A DNA stretch of 64,000 bases from an uncultured Chlamydiae bacterium (GCA_963754655.1 CAVWGN010000001.1:1792001-1856000); one strand, 5' to 3'. Counted from the first letter of the stretch, positions 35,887-46,976 are shown. A program made the numbers and translations. Notes: generated by a model from the sequence alone, not told the origin.

Positions 35887-36422
35887 GAAAAAATAAAAAT
35901 CTCGAAAATTTGTGTAGCTTGCCTAATTACTTAGGCCTCTACTATGTGACAGTTAAACCATCACACACAAGCTTTATTATTCATACTTGCACATTGTCTC
36001 TCTTATACTGTCAAAACATCTTGCAGAGGCTCATGGCATCTGCTCTTCTTCTCAGTCACTCTTTCGCTTTTTTTTCGCGATTTCGTTTGTGAGAAGTTCC
36101 TAATTTACACAAAAGGATGGATTTAACGCAACAGCCTTTTTCAAATAAATGTATTTTTTTCAATCTACTCTTATTATAAGAAGTTTAAGATTAAAAATCG
36201 AATACGTTTACGGAGTAAAAAAGACTAGTGATCCTGACTTTTCATGAATTTTAATGATATGTCCAGCTATCCATAAACAATTACTTTCAAGTTGACAGCT
36301 GATATCTTCTATAGATTATACTATTAGAATAATATAAATTAAAAGATGAAATTAAAAAACTATTAATATTAAAAAATTAAAAACTAATATTTTTTGTAAT
36401 AAAAATAATAATTGGAAGTATT

Positions 36423-36989
36423 ATGAATACAGCAGAATTTAACCAAATAAATCTATGCGATGTAGAAGAATTAAATAAATTATTATCGCATTTTCAAATT
36501 AATCCTGCTAAATGGGTTAAAGGCGTAGGTGCTTTATATAAGGAAGTAAAAAATGGAGAATGTGTTCTTGGAGTTAAAAATGGAGAATTGCATTGTCAGG
36601 TGAAAGGTGTTGTAATCAAGTGTTTCTATACAAATAGTCAGCAAGAAAGATTCCAACTTGTTGAGGAGAAGCAAGTCTTCAAAAACGGTCAAACTCGCGA
36701 ACGTGGGCATAGATTTATAGCTGAAAAATTAAAAGCTGGTGAGAGTCCAGAACAAGGTGCATTAAGAGGACTAGCCGAAGAGTTACAAATTTCAGGACCC
36801 GATGTGCATGTCCTCTCTTTGTTTGAAGAAAATAAATGTGACACTATAGAATCTCCCGATTATAGAGGAATTCAAACTACGTATAATACGTGGGTTTTCT
36901 CCTGTGAAATATCCGACTTTCATTATAAAAAGTATTACGTTGAAAATCAGGAAGATAAGCAAATATTTTTTTCATGGATCAAAATTTAA
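36423..36989 (+). CDS. NUDIX-fold hypothetical protein
   Basis: EKLKAGESPEQGALRGLAEELQI resembles a degenerate Nudix box. Confidence 0.55.
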   Translation: MNTAEFNQINLCDVEELNKLLSHFQINPAKWVKGVGALYKEVKNGECVLGVKNGELHCQVKGVVIKCFYTNSQQERFQLVEEKQVFKNGQTRERGHRFIAEKLKAGESPEQGALRGLAEELQISGPDVHVLSLFEENKCDTIESPDYRGIQTTYNTWVFSCEISDFHYKKYYVENQEDKQIFFSWIKI

Positions 36990-37103
36990 ATCCTTAGACT
37001 CCTAAACATGTAGGCGGTTGTAAATCTAGGAACATGCCTTATAATTAAAAACTCTCTTAGAGACAATATTTATTGAATATGGCAAAAAAGAAATCATATT
37101 TAA

Positions 37104-37985
37104 ATGCATTTATCTTTAGGAGGCTTTATGATGTCCATTTTCCCAAAAGCAATCATTCTTTTGACTGCTATTTCTCCTTTGTTTACCAATCACTTGCAAG
37201 CTTATTGTTCTCGTTGTGTTAAAATTGAAGGAGAACGAGCTAAAGAACAGGCAGCTCATCCCAAACCTTTGCAATACTATGATGATCAAATTAGCTTAAA
37301 CTCAAAAGATGACTCGTCGAATCAGATTGGAGGAAAAACAGGTGACGACTCCTCTGGAATAGGTTCAGGAGCATTAAGTGGATCTACTTATCGTTCTTCT
37401 ACGGAACCGGACAAATCTTCAAAATCATCAGAAGCTAATGATCAATCGATTCATTCTTCTAAAACACCATTGACTGCGAACTTGCTTACTGACTATGAAC
37501 AAGCAAAAATTCACAATTTTTTGGCAAAAAATGATCAACCTTTAGAAAAAAGTGGGGAGACTTTATCTCCGAAAAAAGACTCGAGTCCTTATAGTCCCCC
37601 TCTTTCTTCTACGGTTTATTCGACAATTTATACCATTTTCAAAACAAAAAATTTTCTCGAGACTTTAGATGGTGCCTTTACTCTTTTTATTCCAACCAAT
37701 GAAGCCTTAAAGCAGCTTTCGTTCAGAACGTTAACTGAATTAACATTGCCTGAAAATGAAGAAAAACTTGCCACTTTGGTCAGTAACCACTTAGTGGCAC
37801 AAAAACTTCTTAGGCAAGATTTCACTAACAATACGATAGTCAAAACAATTAGTGGAAGAAACTTTACCTTAGAAAACAAAAATGGCAAGCTCCGGATTAA
37901 TAATATTGAAATTTTACGCGCAGAAGCCGCGGGCTATGATGGAGTGATCTATGTGATCGATAAAGTATTAATGCCTCAAAATTAG
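37104..37985 (+). CDS. Secreted fasciclin (FAS1) domain protein
   Basis: Signal peptide (start probably 37128 or 37131), Ser-rich linker, FTLFIPTNEAL, GVIYVIDKVLMP. Confidence 0.85.
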   Translation: MHLSLGGFMMSIFPKAIILLTAISPLFTNHLQAYCSRCVKIEGERAKEQAAHPKPLQYYDDQISLNSKDDSSNQIGGKTGDDSSGIGSGALSGSTYRSSTEPDKSSKSSEANDQSIHSSKTPLTANLLTDYEQAKIHNFLAKNDQPLEKSGETLSPKKDSSPYSPPLSSTVYSTIYTIFKTKNFLETLDGAFTLFIPTNEALKQLSFRTLTELTLPENEEKLATLVSNHLVAQKLLRQDFTNNTIVKTISGRNFTLENKNGKLRINNIEILRAEAAGYDGVIYVIDKVLMPQN

Positions 37986-38429
37986 CAAATCCTATTGATG
38001 ATTAGATCACCCTACACAAGCGAGGTTAAAGAATCAGTGCTATCCCTTAAATAACCAAATAGCTTGATTGTTTAATAGCCTGAAAGGCTTCAAATAAAAT
38101 AGCCCATGGCATCTCCCTGGGCTAGGGTGTTCATTTTGTGCAAAAAATGAGCTTTATTTTTCACAATAATTGGCATAGTTGAATTGAAGGTCGCATGTTA
38201 TGCCGTCCTTTCAGGACTCGATGTCTTTTTGATAGAACCCAGGCCTCCGCTTCGCTGCGACCTGGGCTGTAACATGACGGCCCTTCAGGCCTTAACAAGA
38301 GATGTTTAAGTCCCTCTTCTATAGTCCCTAAATCATCTTTTTGTTAAGGCCTGAAGGGCCGTCATGTTACAGCCAGGTCGCAGCGAAGCGGAGGCCTGGG
38401 TTCTATCAAAAAGACATCGAGTCCTGAAA

Positions 38430-39891
38430 GGGACAATTGCAGAATAAACAATAAATTATTTTAATTTACCACTTTCAAAAAAAGGCTCCTTAATATAGTC
38501 TAGATGTAGAAAAACCGTCTTAAACTATACAAGGAACCGAAAAATGTTCAGAGAAAAATTATCGCAAATGTGGAATAACGTACAGTCTACTCTTTTTCCT
38601 GATTTAATCAAACGAACTCATGAACTCTGCCCTGAGTATAAAAAATTAGTATCAATTCTGGAACTTGTTCGTATTGAAAGTCATATTCCGCGATCCTTCA
38701 AATTAGGAAGGCCACCAAAAGATCGCATCGCAATGGCTAGAAGTTTTATCGCAAAAGTAGTCCTAAAACAACCTTACACTAAACAAATTATTCGCCTGCT
38801 AAACCAGGATGAACAATTGAGGATTATTTGTGGTTGGGAGGCAAATCATAAAATTCCTTCTGAATCTAAATTTTCTAGAGCTTTCAAAGAATTTAGCCAA
38901 ATAACCCTTCCGGATAGGGTTCACCAAGCATTGGTTAAAGAATTTTACAAGGGAGAGATCATAGGACATGTGATAACAGATTCTACACCCTTAGAAGCAC
39001 GTGAAAAATCATTAAAAAAACCATGTGCAAAAACACGTCGAAAAGAAAAAGACAAAGAAAGAAGAAGAATGAAAAGTGCTGGAGAACCAAATCTACGTCA
39101 ACAGCAGTTGAATGAACCAGATCTTCGAAAAATGGTAGAACATCTTCCTATAGCATGTGACAAAGGCATGAAAAGAAATCCTCAGGGATTTCACATTTTT
39201 TGGAAAGGCTATAAGTTGCATACTAATGTTGATGATAATGGAGTCCCTTTGGCTGCAATTGTCACATCTGCATCGTGTAATGACTGTGAAGTTGCAATTC
39301 CTTTATCTCTAAAAACAAGCAAGGTAGTAACTAATTTGTACGAGTTAATGGATGCAGCTTACGATTATCCAGAAATCAAGGAATTTAGCCGATTCCTTAA
39401 TCATATACCAATTATCGATCAGTGTTCGCGAAGTGCAGCTCAAAAAAAGGCAAAAATGGAAGAGAAAAAAAGAAAAACTCTTTTAAATTTTAAAACAGCT
39501 GAAGAAAAGAGGTACGCAGAGCGATTTCCCAAAGAATCCTTTAATGCATTCTTTAAGGACTATTGTGGAGGACATAGGATATATTACAGAGGATATCAGA
39601 AAGTCTCTTGCCATGCATTATTTGGAGTATTAACAGCGGCCGCTATGATGTTATTGAAATTCACTTCCTAAAGATCGATTAAATTTCAAAGATTGACAGT
39701 ATCTTCTTACGTTACCCCCTGCCAAAATTAGATCAATTTTTAAAAAAATTCAAAAAATTCGAATGTTTTGCATAAAAGTGTTTTTTTTTCATTAAAACTT
39801 AGTCGTCTAGAATCGATTCTTTTCGATCTCAGGTACAATTGACAGAAAAAAAATCGCAGTATAACACGCTAAATAATTCTGCAATTGTCCC
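38430..39891 (+). mobile_element. 1462-bp DDE insertion sequence (IS4-superfamily-like; family tentative)
   Basis: TIR GGGACAATTGCAGAAT/ATTCTGCAATTGTCCC; 5-bp duplication TGAAA (38425-38429, 39892-39896), or 7-bp CTGAAAG if the TIRs are one base shorter. Confidence 0.9.
38544..39671 (+). CDS. DDE transposase
   Basis: GRPPKDR, IPSESKFSRAF, TDSTPLEARE, WKGYKLH, LMDAAYD. Confidence 0.88.
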   Translation: MFREKLSQMWNNVQSTLFPDLIKRTHELCPEYKKLVSILELVRIESHIPRSFKLGRPPKDRIAMARSFIAKVVLKQPYTKQIIRLLNQDEQLRIICGWEANHKIPSESKFSRAFKEFSQITLPDRVHQALVKEFYKGEIIGHVITDSTPLEAREKSLKKPCAKTRRKEKDKERRRMKSAGEPNLRQQQLNEPDLRKMVEHLPIACDKGMKRNPQGFHIFWKGYKLHTNVDDNGVPLAAIVTSASCNDCEVAIPLSLKTSKVVTNLYELMDAAYDYPEIKEFSRFLNHIPIIDQCSRSAAQKKAKMEEKKRKTLLNFKTAEEKRYAERFPKESFNAFFKDYCGGHRIYYRGYQKVSCHALFGVLTAAAMMLLKFTS

Positions 39892-40251
39892 TGAAAGGAC
39901 GGCATAACATGCGACCTTCAATTCAACTATGCCAATTATTGTGAAAAATAAAGCTCATTTTTTGCACAAAATGAACACCCTAGCCCAGGGAGATGCCATG
40001 GGTTATTTTATTTGAAGCCTTTCAGGCTATTAAACAATCAAGCTATTTGGTTATTTAAGGGATATCACTGATTCTTTGACCTCGCTTGCGTAAGGTGAAT
40101 TATCTAAGAGAAAGTTATAATCAATTAAGCGTAAGCGCAGCTGTGGAGTCACTGAGAAACGCAATTCGTTGATAGCCAATATGTCAATCTCTTGCCGTTT
40201 GAAGGACGACAAGAGATTGGTGTGTATAAAAAAAACAAGTAGGAGGTGGCG

Positions 40252-43014
40252 TTAATTACAAACGGGACATGCTGTCAAATCCGGTGGAAAAAAAGTAGCA
40301 GAATCAACTAAGCCATCGAACTGATTACCCACCGTAACATTAAAATTAAAAGGAGTATTGACATAGGGCCAATGAGAAGTCTTGTAATAAAGGTTCCCAG
40401 AAGTGGCCGTCATGGATAAAAAGGTCGTACAGAAATTCACCAAAGTATCAAACCCTTGTAAATCTCCAGGATTAAGCGGTGGCGGCATGATTTGGGGAAA
40501 AGCTGCATTAGTCTCTAGAATAGCCTTAGCATAGAATAAGGTGCCCAACCAACAATTAAAATCTTCAGCAAGGCTTTCTTGATTGCGGCCAGCAGCGTAA
40601 AAAACAGGGAGGACTCCACTTGCTGTGCTATGTCCCTCCCAAGGATTTCCCATTCGATGATAGGGAAAGGAAGAATCTTGAGTATCCGGATTGACAGGAT
40701 CTCTCCAAAGGACATCGATAAATGATTTCATTTTAAAAGGCCCGGCTCCTACTCCACTTAAAAAAAGTTGAGCAACCCAAGGTTCGGTTCCATATTGATT
40801 ATCCCAATTAATCACTGCAGCTGCGGCTCCCAACCAATACCCATATTGAAAATGATGGTCGTTATAGTAAGCATTTCCAAAACCATCATTGACATCTCCT
40901 TCAAGATTCATGGCATGAACTGGATAGCATATTCCTCCAATTGTGCTATCTCCAATGAAAAAATTAGGCGCTCCCGAAGGAAACATTGGATTTGTGCGCG
41001 ACGTCGCCTGTTGCTGAAATAACCACTGTTGGAATGCTTGTTTGATTGCATCAACAAAAGGCTTTGTGATTGAAATAATTGTTGCTTTTGGAACGTCTAA
41101 ATAGGCCATTAAAGCGGTCCCATATCTAACACACGAAGCGGCTTTGTAAAGAAGTTTTCCATTAGAATAAGCTTCAGGTCTGAGCGCATTATTTGAAACA
41201 TTTTGGATATCTGTAAGGTTAACAGGATCATTAAAATATAAACTCATCAAACGATTAGCCAAAATGATATCAAATGGGCTCAAACGCCTCCAAAAGTCCA
41301 TGGGATAAAATTGAGCCATTAAAAAATCAGGAAGTGGAGCTTCATCGAATACAATTTGTTTGTTAGTTGCATCTACTGCATAAAGCGGCCCCTTTAAAGG
41401 ATCATTAATTAAAAATCCTTGTACAGGAGGATTAACGGGATTTACTGTTTTATAACCAGGAAAGAGAATAAGAGGATTTTTTATTGCAGAACCAATCGTC
41501 GTATAAGTCCAGGAATATTGATTGAGGGCTACACTAATTTCTGTGTTAATAGGAATGATATTTCGATATTCATCATAAACTGCTTCAACACTTGCTGGAG
41601 TGCCGGTAATCCCATAATTAGGAAAAGGTCGTTGATTGGTTTGGTAACAAGAGATATCGTTCTTATATGCGCGAGCAAAAGCCATATAAAGATAGGTCAG
41701 GAAAGGATTAGTTCCACAATCAAAAAAAACAGAGTTAGGAAGCGTGTAACAATCAAAGCTAGAACTAGGATTCAAAAGTTGCTTACCTACCAATTGAGAA
41801 AAATACTGGTAAGCAGTATAAATATCATTTCGCGCAAGGACAGGAAGCAAAAAGGAGAGAATGGCACAATTAGGAAAATAAATTTGGTTTCTAAGGTTAA
41901 ACTCTATTTTTTCTGTTGCATTTTTCAAAAATTCAACCGGCCACAGCATAAACAGGGCTGCAGGCGACGGAGCTATCGTCTGAATCTCAATTCCCGTAGA
42001 CCAATCAGGGGTTTCCTTAACGGGAGCAGGAGGCTGAGTTTTATTCACCGAGTCCCTTAAAGGAACCGAATCTGTCTGAATAATAGCCGCTCGAATGAAC
42101 CCCGAAAATGATGATTGAGCTGTTAAGGTAGCCGGAGTCTGACCAAAAACAGCCTCAAAAGCAGGCGGTGAGGAATGATCGTTTCCATTTTCGTCTTGTA
42201 AATAAATGACCCATGTTTGATAGACATTGGCTTGTGGAGGAACGCTTGCCGCTGGATTATAAAAGGTCAGCCTTAATTTATTACCAGCAGGCAGCGTCAT
42301 GGTAACAGGCTGACCACTCGGTGGCATCCAGGGCTGAAAAGTCTGTGGCCCGCTGGAAGTAAAAACCGTCACTTCAAATAAATCATCCAGAGGACAACTC
42401 AATAGAGGAGTAAAATTTGTATATTGCATATCATGAAAGACATTGCCAATCACATTATAATCGATAAGAGAGCTAGCTGGCTGCAAAGGAGTTGTATACG
42501 TCAGAATATCTGTTTGAGCAGTTTGTGAAACTGTGGGATTGGAAACGAGATTCACAGTTTGCGGATTTATTGCTGTTCCAAACTCTACCGCACTAAAGAC
42601 GATACGATTACCATTTGTATCAATAGTGATATTGGCTCCCCCACCCAATACTGTACTATTTGATACCACGACGATATCTGGAAAAGTCAACCCAGGACCA
42701 GGGGGATTGTTAGCATAAAAAGCGGGAGACTGTGAGTTTAAAAGAGCTCCCATTCTCAACATTTGCCTATTTGACGAATAAGTTTGATAACGCAATTCTA
42801 AAGGTTGAAAATCGTTAGTCCTAAGAGCGCGAAAAGGGTTAATCCCTAATGTAGCAGTAGCTTGTAACCAAGGAATTTTATTTTCAATTGCTCCATACTG
42901 CTCTAATGTAAGCGTATTGCTAAAGATTTGCGCATTCATTTGAAAAGCAAATGAGAGGAAAAAAAGACAACAAGAATTGAAAATTATCTTAGCAAATTGA
43001 CAACAAGAAAACAT
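40252..43014 (-). CDS. Glycoside hydrolase family 81 (endo-beta-1,3-glucanase)-like secreted protein
   Basis: FGNAYYNDHHFQYGYW, WEGHSTASG and GRNQESLAE match GH81 catalytic motifs; N-terminal signal peptide. Confidence 0.8.
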   Translation of the reverse strand: MFSCCQFAKIIFNSCCLFFLSFAFQMNAQIFSNTLTLEQYGAIENKIPWLQATATLGINPFRALRTNDFQPLELRYQTYSSNRQMLRMGALLNSQSPAFYANNPPGPGLTFPDIVVVSNSTVLGGGANITIDTNGNRIVFSAVEFGTAINPQTVNLVSNPTVSQTAQTDILTYTTPLQPASSLIDYNVIGNVFHDMQYTNFTPLLSCPLDDLFEVTVFTSSGPQTFQPWMPPSGQPVTMTLPAGNKLRLTFYNPAASVPPQANVYQTWVIYLQDENGNDHSSPPAFEAVFGQTPATLTAQSSFSGFIRAAIIQTDSVPLRDSVNKTQPPAPVKETPDWSTGIEIQTIAPSPAALFMLWPVEFLKNATEKIEFNLRNQIYFPNCAILSFLLPVLARNDIYTAYQYFSQLVGKQLLNPSSSFDCYTLPNSVFFDCGTNPFLTYLYMAFARAYKNDISCYQTNQRPFPNYGITGTPASVEAVYDEYRNIIPINTEISVALNQYSWTYTTIGSAIKNPLILFPGYKTVNPVNPPVQGFLINDPLKGPLYAVDATNKQIVFDEAPLPDFLMAQFYPMDFWRRLSPFDIILANRLMSLYFNDPVNLTDIQNVSNNALRPEAYSNGKLLYKAASCVRYGTALMAYLDVPKATIISITKPFVDAIKQAFQQWLFQQQATSRTNPMFPSGAPNFFIGDSTIGGICYPVHAMNLEGDVNDGFGNAYYNDHHFQYGYWLGAAAAVINWDNQYGTEPWVAQLFLSGVGAGPFKMKSFIDVLWRDPVNPDTQDSSFPYHRMGNPWEGHSTASGVLPVFYAAGRNQESLAEDFNCWLGTLFYAKAILETNAAFPQIMPPPLNPGDLQGFDTLVNFCTTFLSMTATSGNLYYKTSHWPYVNTPFNFNVTVGNQFDGLVDSATFFPPDLTACPVCN

Positions 43015-43049
43015 AGAGATCGCTCCTCAATGATTGATTTCTAAGGACA

Positions 43050-45713
43050 TCATTTTTTAAACACAATTTTAGTAGGCAGGCTTTCAATGTTACCGATTAA
43101 CGCAGTGACAGCATAAACGGTACGAGCTCTCTTTTTTCTATTATGATCTTTAAAGACCAATTTCGCATGAGCTGGAATTTTCGCGATTAAGTGTCCGTTT
43201 CGATATAAGTAATAGGCAGTGACTCCTGGAGTGGAGCTTGGAGACCACTTCACGATATTAATAAGATCTGTTTGAGTTGCAAAACGATTTTTTACTTGTG
43301 TGACATGGATGTGTTTAGGTGGCTTCGGCTTGGGAGGAAAGGGAATTGAAAAATAGGTGAATTGGGTGCACGTTTGTTCAGGAGACATGCCTGTTGGCGT
43401 AGTAACTGTTACATAGACTGCCCCTATTCCAGGAGGTGAAATAGCAGTAATTGTGCCATCAGGATTGATCGTAAAAGAGGCAGCAGGAGTTCCGCCAAAA
43501 GAGACTGCAGTGACTCCTGTTAAATCGTCTCCTGCTAAAGTAACGACTGTCCCTCCTTTCTCTGGTCCGTTAGTTGGAGAAAGACAAAAATTGGGAATGG
43601 GTAAAGAAAGATAGGTAAATAAATCGCAAAATTGTATCGGAGAGATTCCGAATGGTGTCATAACTGTTACATAAACTGATCCTGTTCCAGGAGGTGAAAC
43701 AGCAGTAATTGTGCCATCAGAATTGACCGTAAAAGAGGCAGCAGAAGTTCCTCCAAAAGAGACTGCTGTTGCCCCTGTTAAAGAATTCCCAGTTAGGGTG
43801 ACTGTTGTTCCTCCTGCCTCTAGTCCATTATCGGGGAAAATACAAAAATTTGGAATCAGAGGAGGAACATAAGTGAATAGAATGCACGGTTGTTGTAGAG
43901 AAGCTCCAAATGACGTTGTGACTGTTACATAAACTGATCCTATTCCAGGGGGTGAAACAGCAGTAATTGTACCATCAGGATTGACCGTAAAAGAGGCGGC
44001 AGGAATTCCTCCAAAAGAAACTGCTGTTGTTCCTGCTAAATTATCTCCTGTTAAAGTCACTATTGTTCCCCCCACTTCTGGCCCGCTACTTGGGGAAATG
44101 CAAAAATCTGGAACAAAAGGAGGAATATAAGTGAATAAATCGCATATTTGTTTTGGAGAAGTTCCAGCTGATGTGATGACTGTCACATACACGGAACCTG
44201 TTCCAGGAGGCGAAACAGCTTCAATTGAACTATCAGAAAGAACATTAAAAGACGTAGCAAGAGTTCCACCAAAATAGACAGCGGTGGCTCCAGTTAAATG
44301 ACTTCCTGTTAGAATAACTATTGTTCCACCGGCCTCGGGTCCGCTAAATGGAGTGATACAAAACTCAGGAAGGTTATTAGGAAACACCCCTGTAATCGCC
44401 CATATCCGATTATTAAGTCCATCAAAGCCTCTCCAAACCGCTACAACATTTTTGTTGGAACTAATCGCTATTCTTGATTCATCTGCAGGATCAGCCGGCC
44501 CAAAAAGAGTGGCAGTTTGAGCAAGCTGTAAAGTGACAGCGGGAGAATCTGCTTGAATGAGGGGTGAGTTTATACAATTTGCTATTGACCAAATAACCCC
44601 AGCATCAAGTTGATTAATGGCAGCATGCGGACTATAACCATATTCGCTACTTGTTGTAAAATCAGTGGGTTGTGACCAAATATTGGGATCATAGGTACTT
44701 GATTCCGAACTTTGAATAATCGTATTCTCTGAAGGTTCTACATTCAATTGAAGAGACCACGCTGCAATTGCTTGACCATCTAATTCAACTGCAATTTGAG
44801 GTTGATCTGCATCAAAACCTGGAGCAGAAAGATTAATGGGTGGAAACCACATTCCATTTAGTAACGTGGATGCCTGAATAATAAAATTGACGCCATTGGT
44901 TCTTCGCCAAACAGCAATTGCATTTCCTTGTCCGTCAATACCCACTTGAGGGATTGAAGCACTAAGCCCATTTTCTGAAAGTTGAATAGGTGAACTCCAG
45001 CCACTATTTTGATTGAAAGTAGCTCCATAGATGACTCCATTCGAAAGAGAACAACTTCTCCACACAGCTACTGCCTGACCTAATGGATTAACTGCCAGAC
45101 GTGGAGAAACAGATGATACCCCTATTTGTGAAACGGGTACAGGCGAGCTCCACATATTGTTCTTTAATAAGGCACCTTCTATGAAGGTCGAACTTGGATC
45201 ATTAGACAAGGCTTTTTCCCAAATCGCGACTCCATCGCCATTATTATCCACACCAACTTGAGGATATTGAGCATTAAATTCTCCCTTAGAGAGATTGATC
45301 GCAGAAGACCATGTATTTGTAGGCGTTTGAGTCATAGCTGTCTGAATCACGTCATTGTTTCCATTGAATATTGACCAGACTGCAATTGCCTTCCCTGATG
45401 TATTGATAGATAATTGAGGGAGATCCGCGTTTTGGCCTGCTGCCGAAAGATCTACAGAAGGAGACCATGAAGATGTTTGGGAATTAAAAGTAGAGCCTTG
45501 AATGATATAATTTGTTCCGTTAAATCTTGCCCATACAGCCACAGCATTCCCCTCTCCATCTATGGCAACTTGAGGATTTCCTGCGTCCTCTCCTGCATCT
45601 GAAATTGGGATCGCAGGGAAATGCCAAATCACCTCTGCTTCCATGACAGAAAATTTTAGGATTAAAAAAAGAAAAAGAAAATTTAAAATAGATTTAGTAT
45701 TCATATTCCTCAA
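43050..45713 (-). CDS. Secreted IPT/TIG-repeat surface protein with N-terminal propeller-like repeats and a C-terminal FN3-like domain
   Basis: Signal peptide; repeats PQVAIDGEGNAVAVW; four units of about 86 aa (SGPEAGGTxVTLTG..LTGATAVSFGG...ITAVSPPGTGSVYVTV); basic C-terminal domain. Confidence 0.85.
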   Translation of the reverse strand: MRNMNTKSILNFLFLFLILKFSVMEAEVIWHFPAIPISDAGEDAGNPQVAIDGEGNAVAVWARFNGTNYIIQGSTFNSQTSSWSPSVDLSAAGQNADLPQLSINTSGKAIAVWSIFNGNNDVIQTAMTQTPTNTWSSAINLSKGEFNAQYPQVGVDNNGDGVAIWEKALSNDPSSTFIEGALLKNNMWSSPVPVSQIGVSSVSPRLAVNPLGQAVAVWRSCSLSNGVIYGATFNQNSGWSSPIQLSENGLSASIPQVGIDGQGNAIAVWRRTNGVNFIIQASTLLNGMWFPPINLSAPGFDADQPQIAVELDGQAIAAWSLQLNVEPSENTIIQSSESSTYDPNIWSQPTDFTTSSEYGYSPHAAINQLDAGVIWSIANCINSPLIQADSPAVTLQLAQTATLFGPADPADESRIAISSNKNVVAVWRGFDGLNNRIWAITGVFPNNLPEFCITPFSGPEAGGTIVILTGSHLTGATAVYFGGTLATSFNVLSDSSIEAVSPPGTGSVYVTVITSAGTSPKQICDLFTYIPPFVPDFCISPSSGPEVGGTIVTLTGDNLAGTTAVSFGGIPAASFTVNPDGTITAVSPPGIGSVYVTVTTSFGASLQQPCILFTYVPPLIPNFCIFPDNGLEAGGTTVTLTGNSLTGATAVSFGGTSAASFTVNSDGTITAVSPPGTGSVYVTVMTPFGISPIQFCDLFTYLSLPIPNFCLSPTNGPEKGGTVVTLAGDDLTGVTAVSFGGTPAASFTINPDGTITAISPPGIGAVYVTVTTPTGMSPEQTCTQFTYFSIPFPPKPKPPKHIHVTQVKNRFATQTDLINIVKWSPSSTPGVTAYYLYRNGHLIAKIPAHAKLVFKDHNRKKRARTVYAVTALIGNIESLPTKIVFKK

Positions 45714-46037
45714 CGTTAAACGTTTGATTCACTTCTTTTTACAATTTCATTAATAAACCAAAGGCCAGCTGTTCTAAGAGTTGCGAGTGATAGGTTATTT
45801 AAAAACAATCAACATTACATTAAAATATTTTTTATCATATACATTAAATAAACGCACAAATTATTTTTAAATAATGGAAAGATAGGCAATGATCATAATT
45901 TCGAGTCTATGCAATGGTTTCATAGAGAATGAAGATTCTTTGCCCTTATGGAAAAATTTTCTTTATAAAAAAAAATTTTTTAGGCATGAAAAAGTTATTA
46001 AAGTCTTTTTAAGAAAAGGTTACAAAGGAGTGTGAAA

Positions 46038-46976
46038 ATGCATAAACTGACAAGAATCTTTATTCTTACAGCTTTGTCTGTGATGTCTGCTCAATCCATT
46101 TTTGCTGATTATTCTAATTCGGCATATGGACAAGGCCGAAATAGCCCGCAGCAAGGTCAAATGTCTTATAGCCAAAATCGTTATAATGACCCCTATAATT
46201 CTGATATGAGCGGAGAACGTTCTTTTATGATGCGAGCACAGAATCGCTATAATCAGATGAATCAACAAAATCGCTCTATGATGGGACAAGACCAACGAAT
46301 GATGAGAGAAGGTTATGATCCTAATGAAAGATATTATAGTGGCAATCGAAACTCCTATCAAGGGCAATATGATCGAAATAATTCCTATCGCAATCAAGAA
46401 CAGATGATGCGTGGAAATGTTGGATATCAAGATGGCTACAATCAACGTCATGAGATGGGCATGCCTCAAAGCTATCCTCTGAATGAAAATTATAATTATT
46501 CCAATTCCTCTCAAAATTATCGTCAGCAAGGATATCCAACTTCTACTTCTCCTCAAGGATCTCATGACTCAAGAGGTTTTAATTCTTCTTACCCACGAGG
46601 AGCGGTAGACAATGGATATGAGGTAGGATATAATGATTCTAATCAAAACATGGCAAAACCTCAAAGTTATCCATTAAATGACAATTATCCCAATGCCCCT
46701 CGCAATGATAATCAGCAAACACAAAGAAGAGGTTCAAACGCTGATCAATCAAATCAATATACCGCTGACAATTCTCAACCTTCTTCTTATTCCTCGAACA
46801 ATGACAGTGAAGATAATTCAGATAATACGTCTGAATCCCAATCTATGAATCAAGGAACATTGAATTCTGATGCAAATGCAAATGCAAATTGGGATACAAC
46901 AGATGAGCAGACGCTTGAGCAATCAAGCTCGAATACCAGTAGTTCTTCCACTACTAATCCAAACGCGCAGCGTTAA
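46038..46976 (+). CDS. Secreted Q/N/S/Y-rich low-complexity protein
   Basis: AAGGAG RBS; signal peptide MHKLTRIFILTALSVMSAQSIFA; polar disordered body. Confidence 0.8.
   Translation: MHKLTRIFILTALSVMSAQSIFADYSNSAYGQGRNSPQQGQMSYSQNRYNDPYNSDMSGERSFMMRAQNRYNQMNQQNRSMMGQDQRMMREGYDPNERYYSGNRNSYQGQYDRNNSYRNQEQMMRGNVGYQDGYNQRHEMGMPQSYPLNENYNYSNSSQNYRQQGYPTSTSPQGSHDSRGFNSSYPRGAVDNGYEVGYNDSNQNMAKPQSYPLNDNYPNAPRNDNQQTQRRGSNADQSNQYTADNSQPSSYSSNNDSEDNSDNTSESQSMNQGTLNSDANANANWDTTDEQTLEQSSSNTSSSSTTNPNAQR

Larger units (their letters stand above)
38007..40098. repeat. Nested palindrome (outer shell + module B) interrupted by an IS
   Basis: Arms 38007-38124 and 39981-40098; module B GGGTGTTCA...TGAACACCC at 38125-39980, with the IS in its right arm. 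Confidence 0.9.

Noticed and set aside
36102..36131. Possible rRNA promoter TTGCGT-18bp-TAAATT on the minus strand
   Set aside because: Plausible position but a weak match in AT-rich DNA; not supportable without TSS data.
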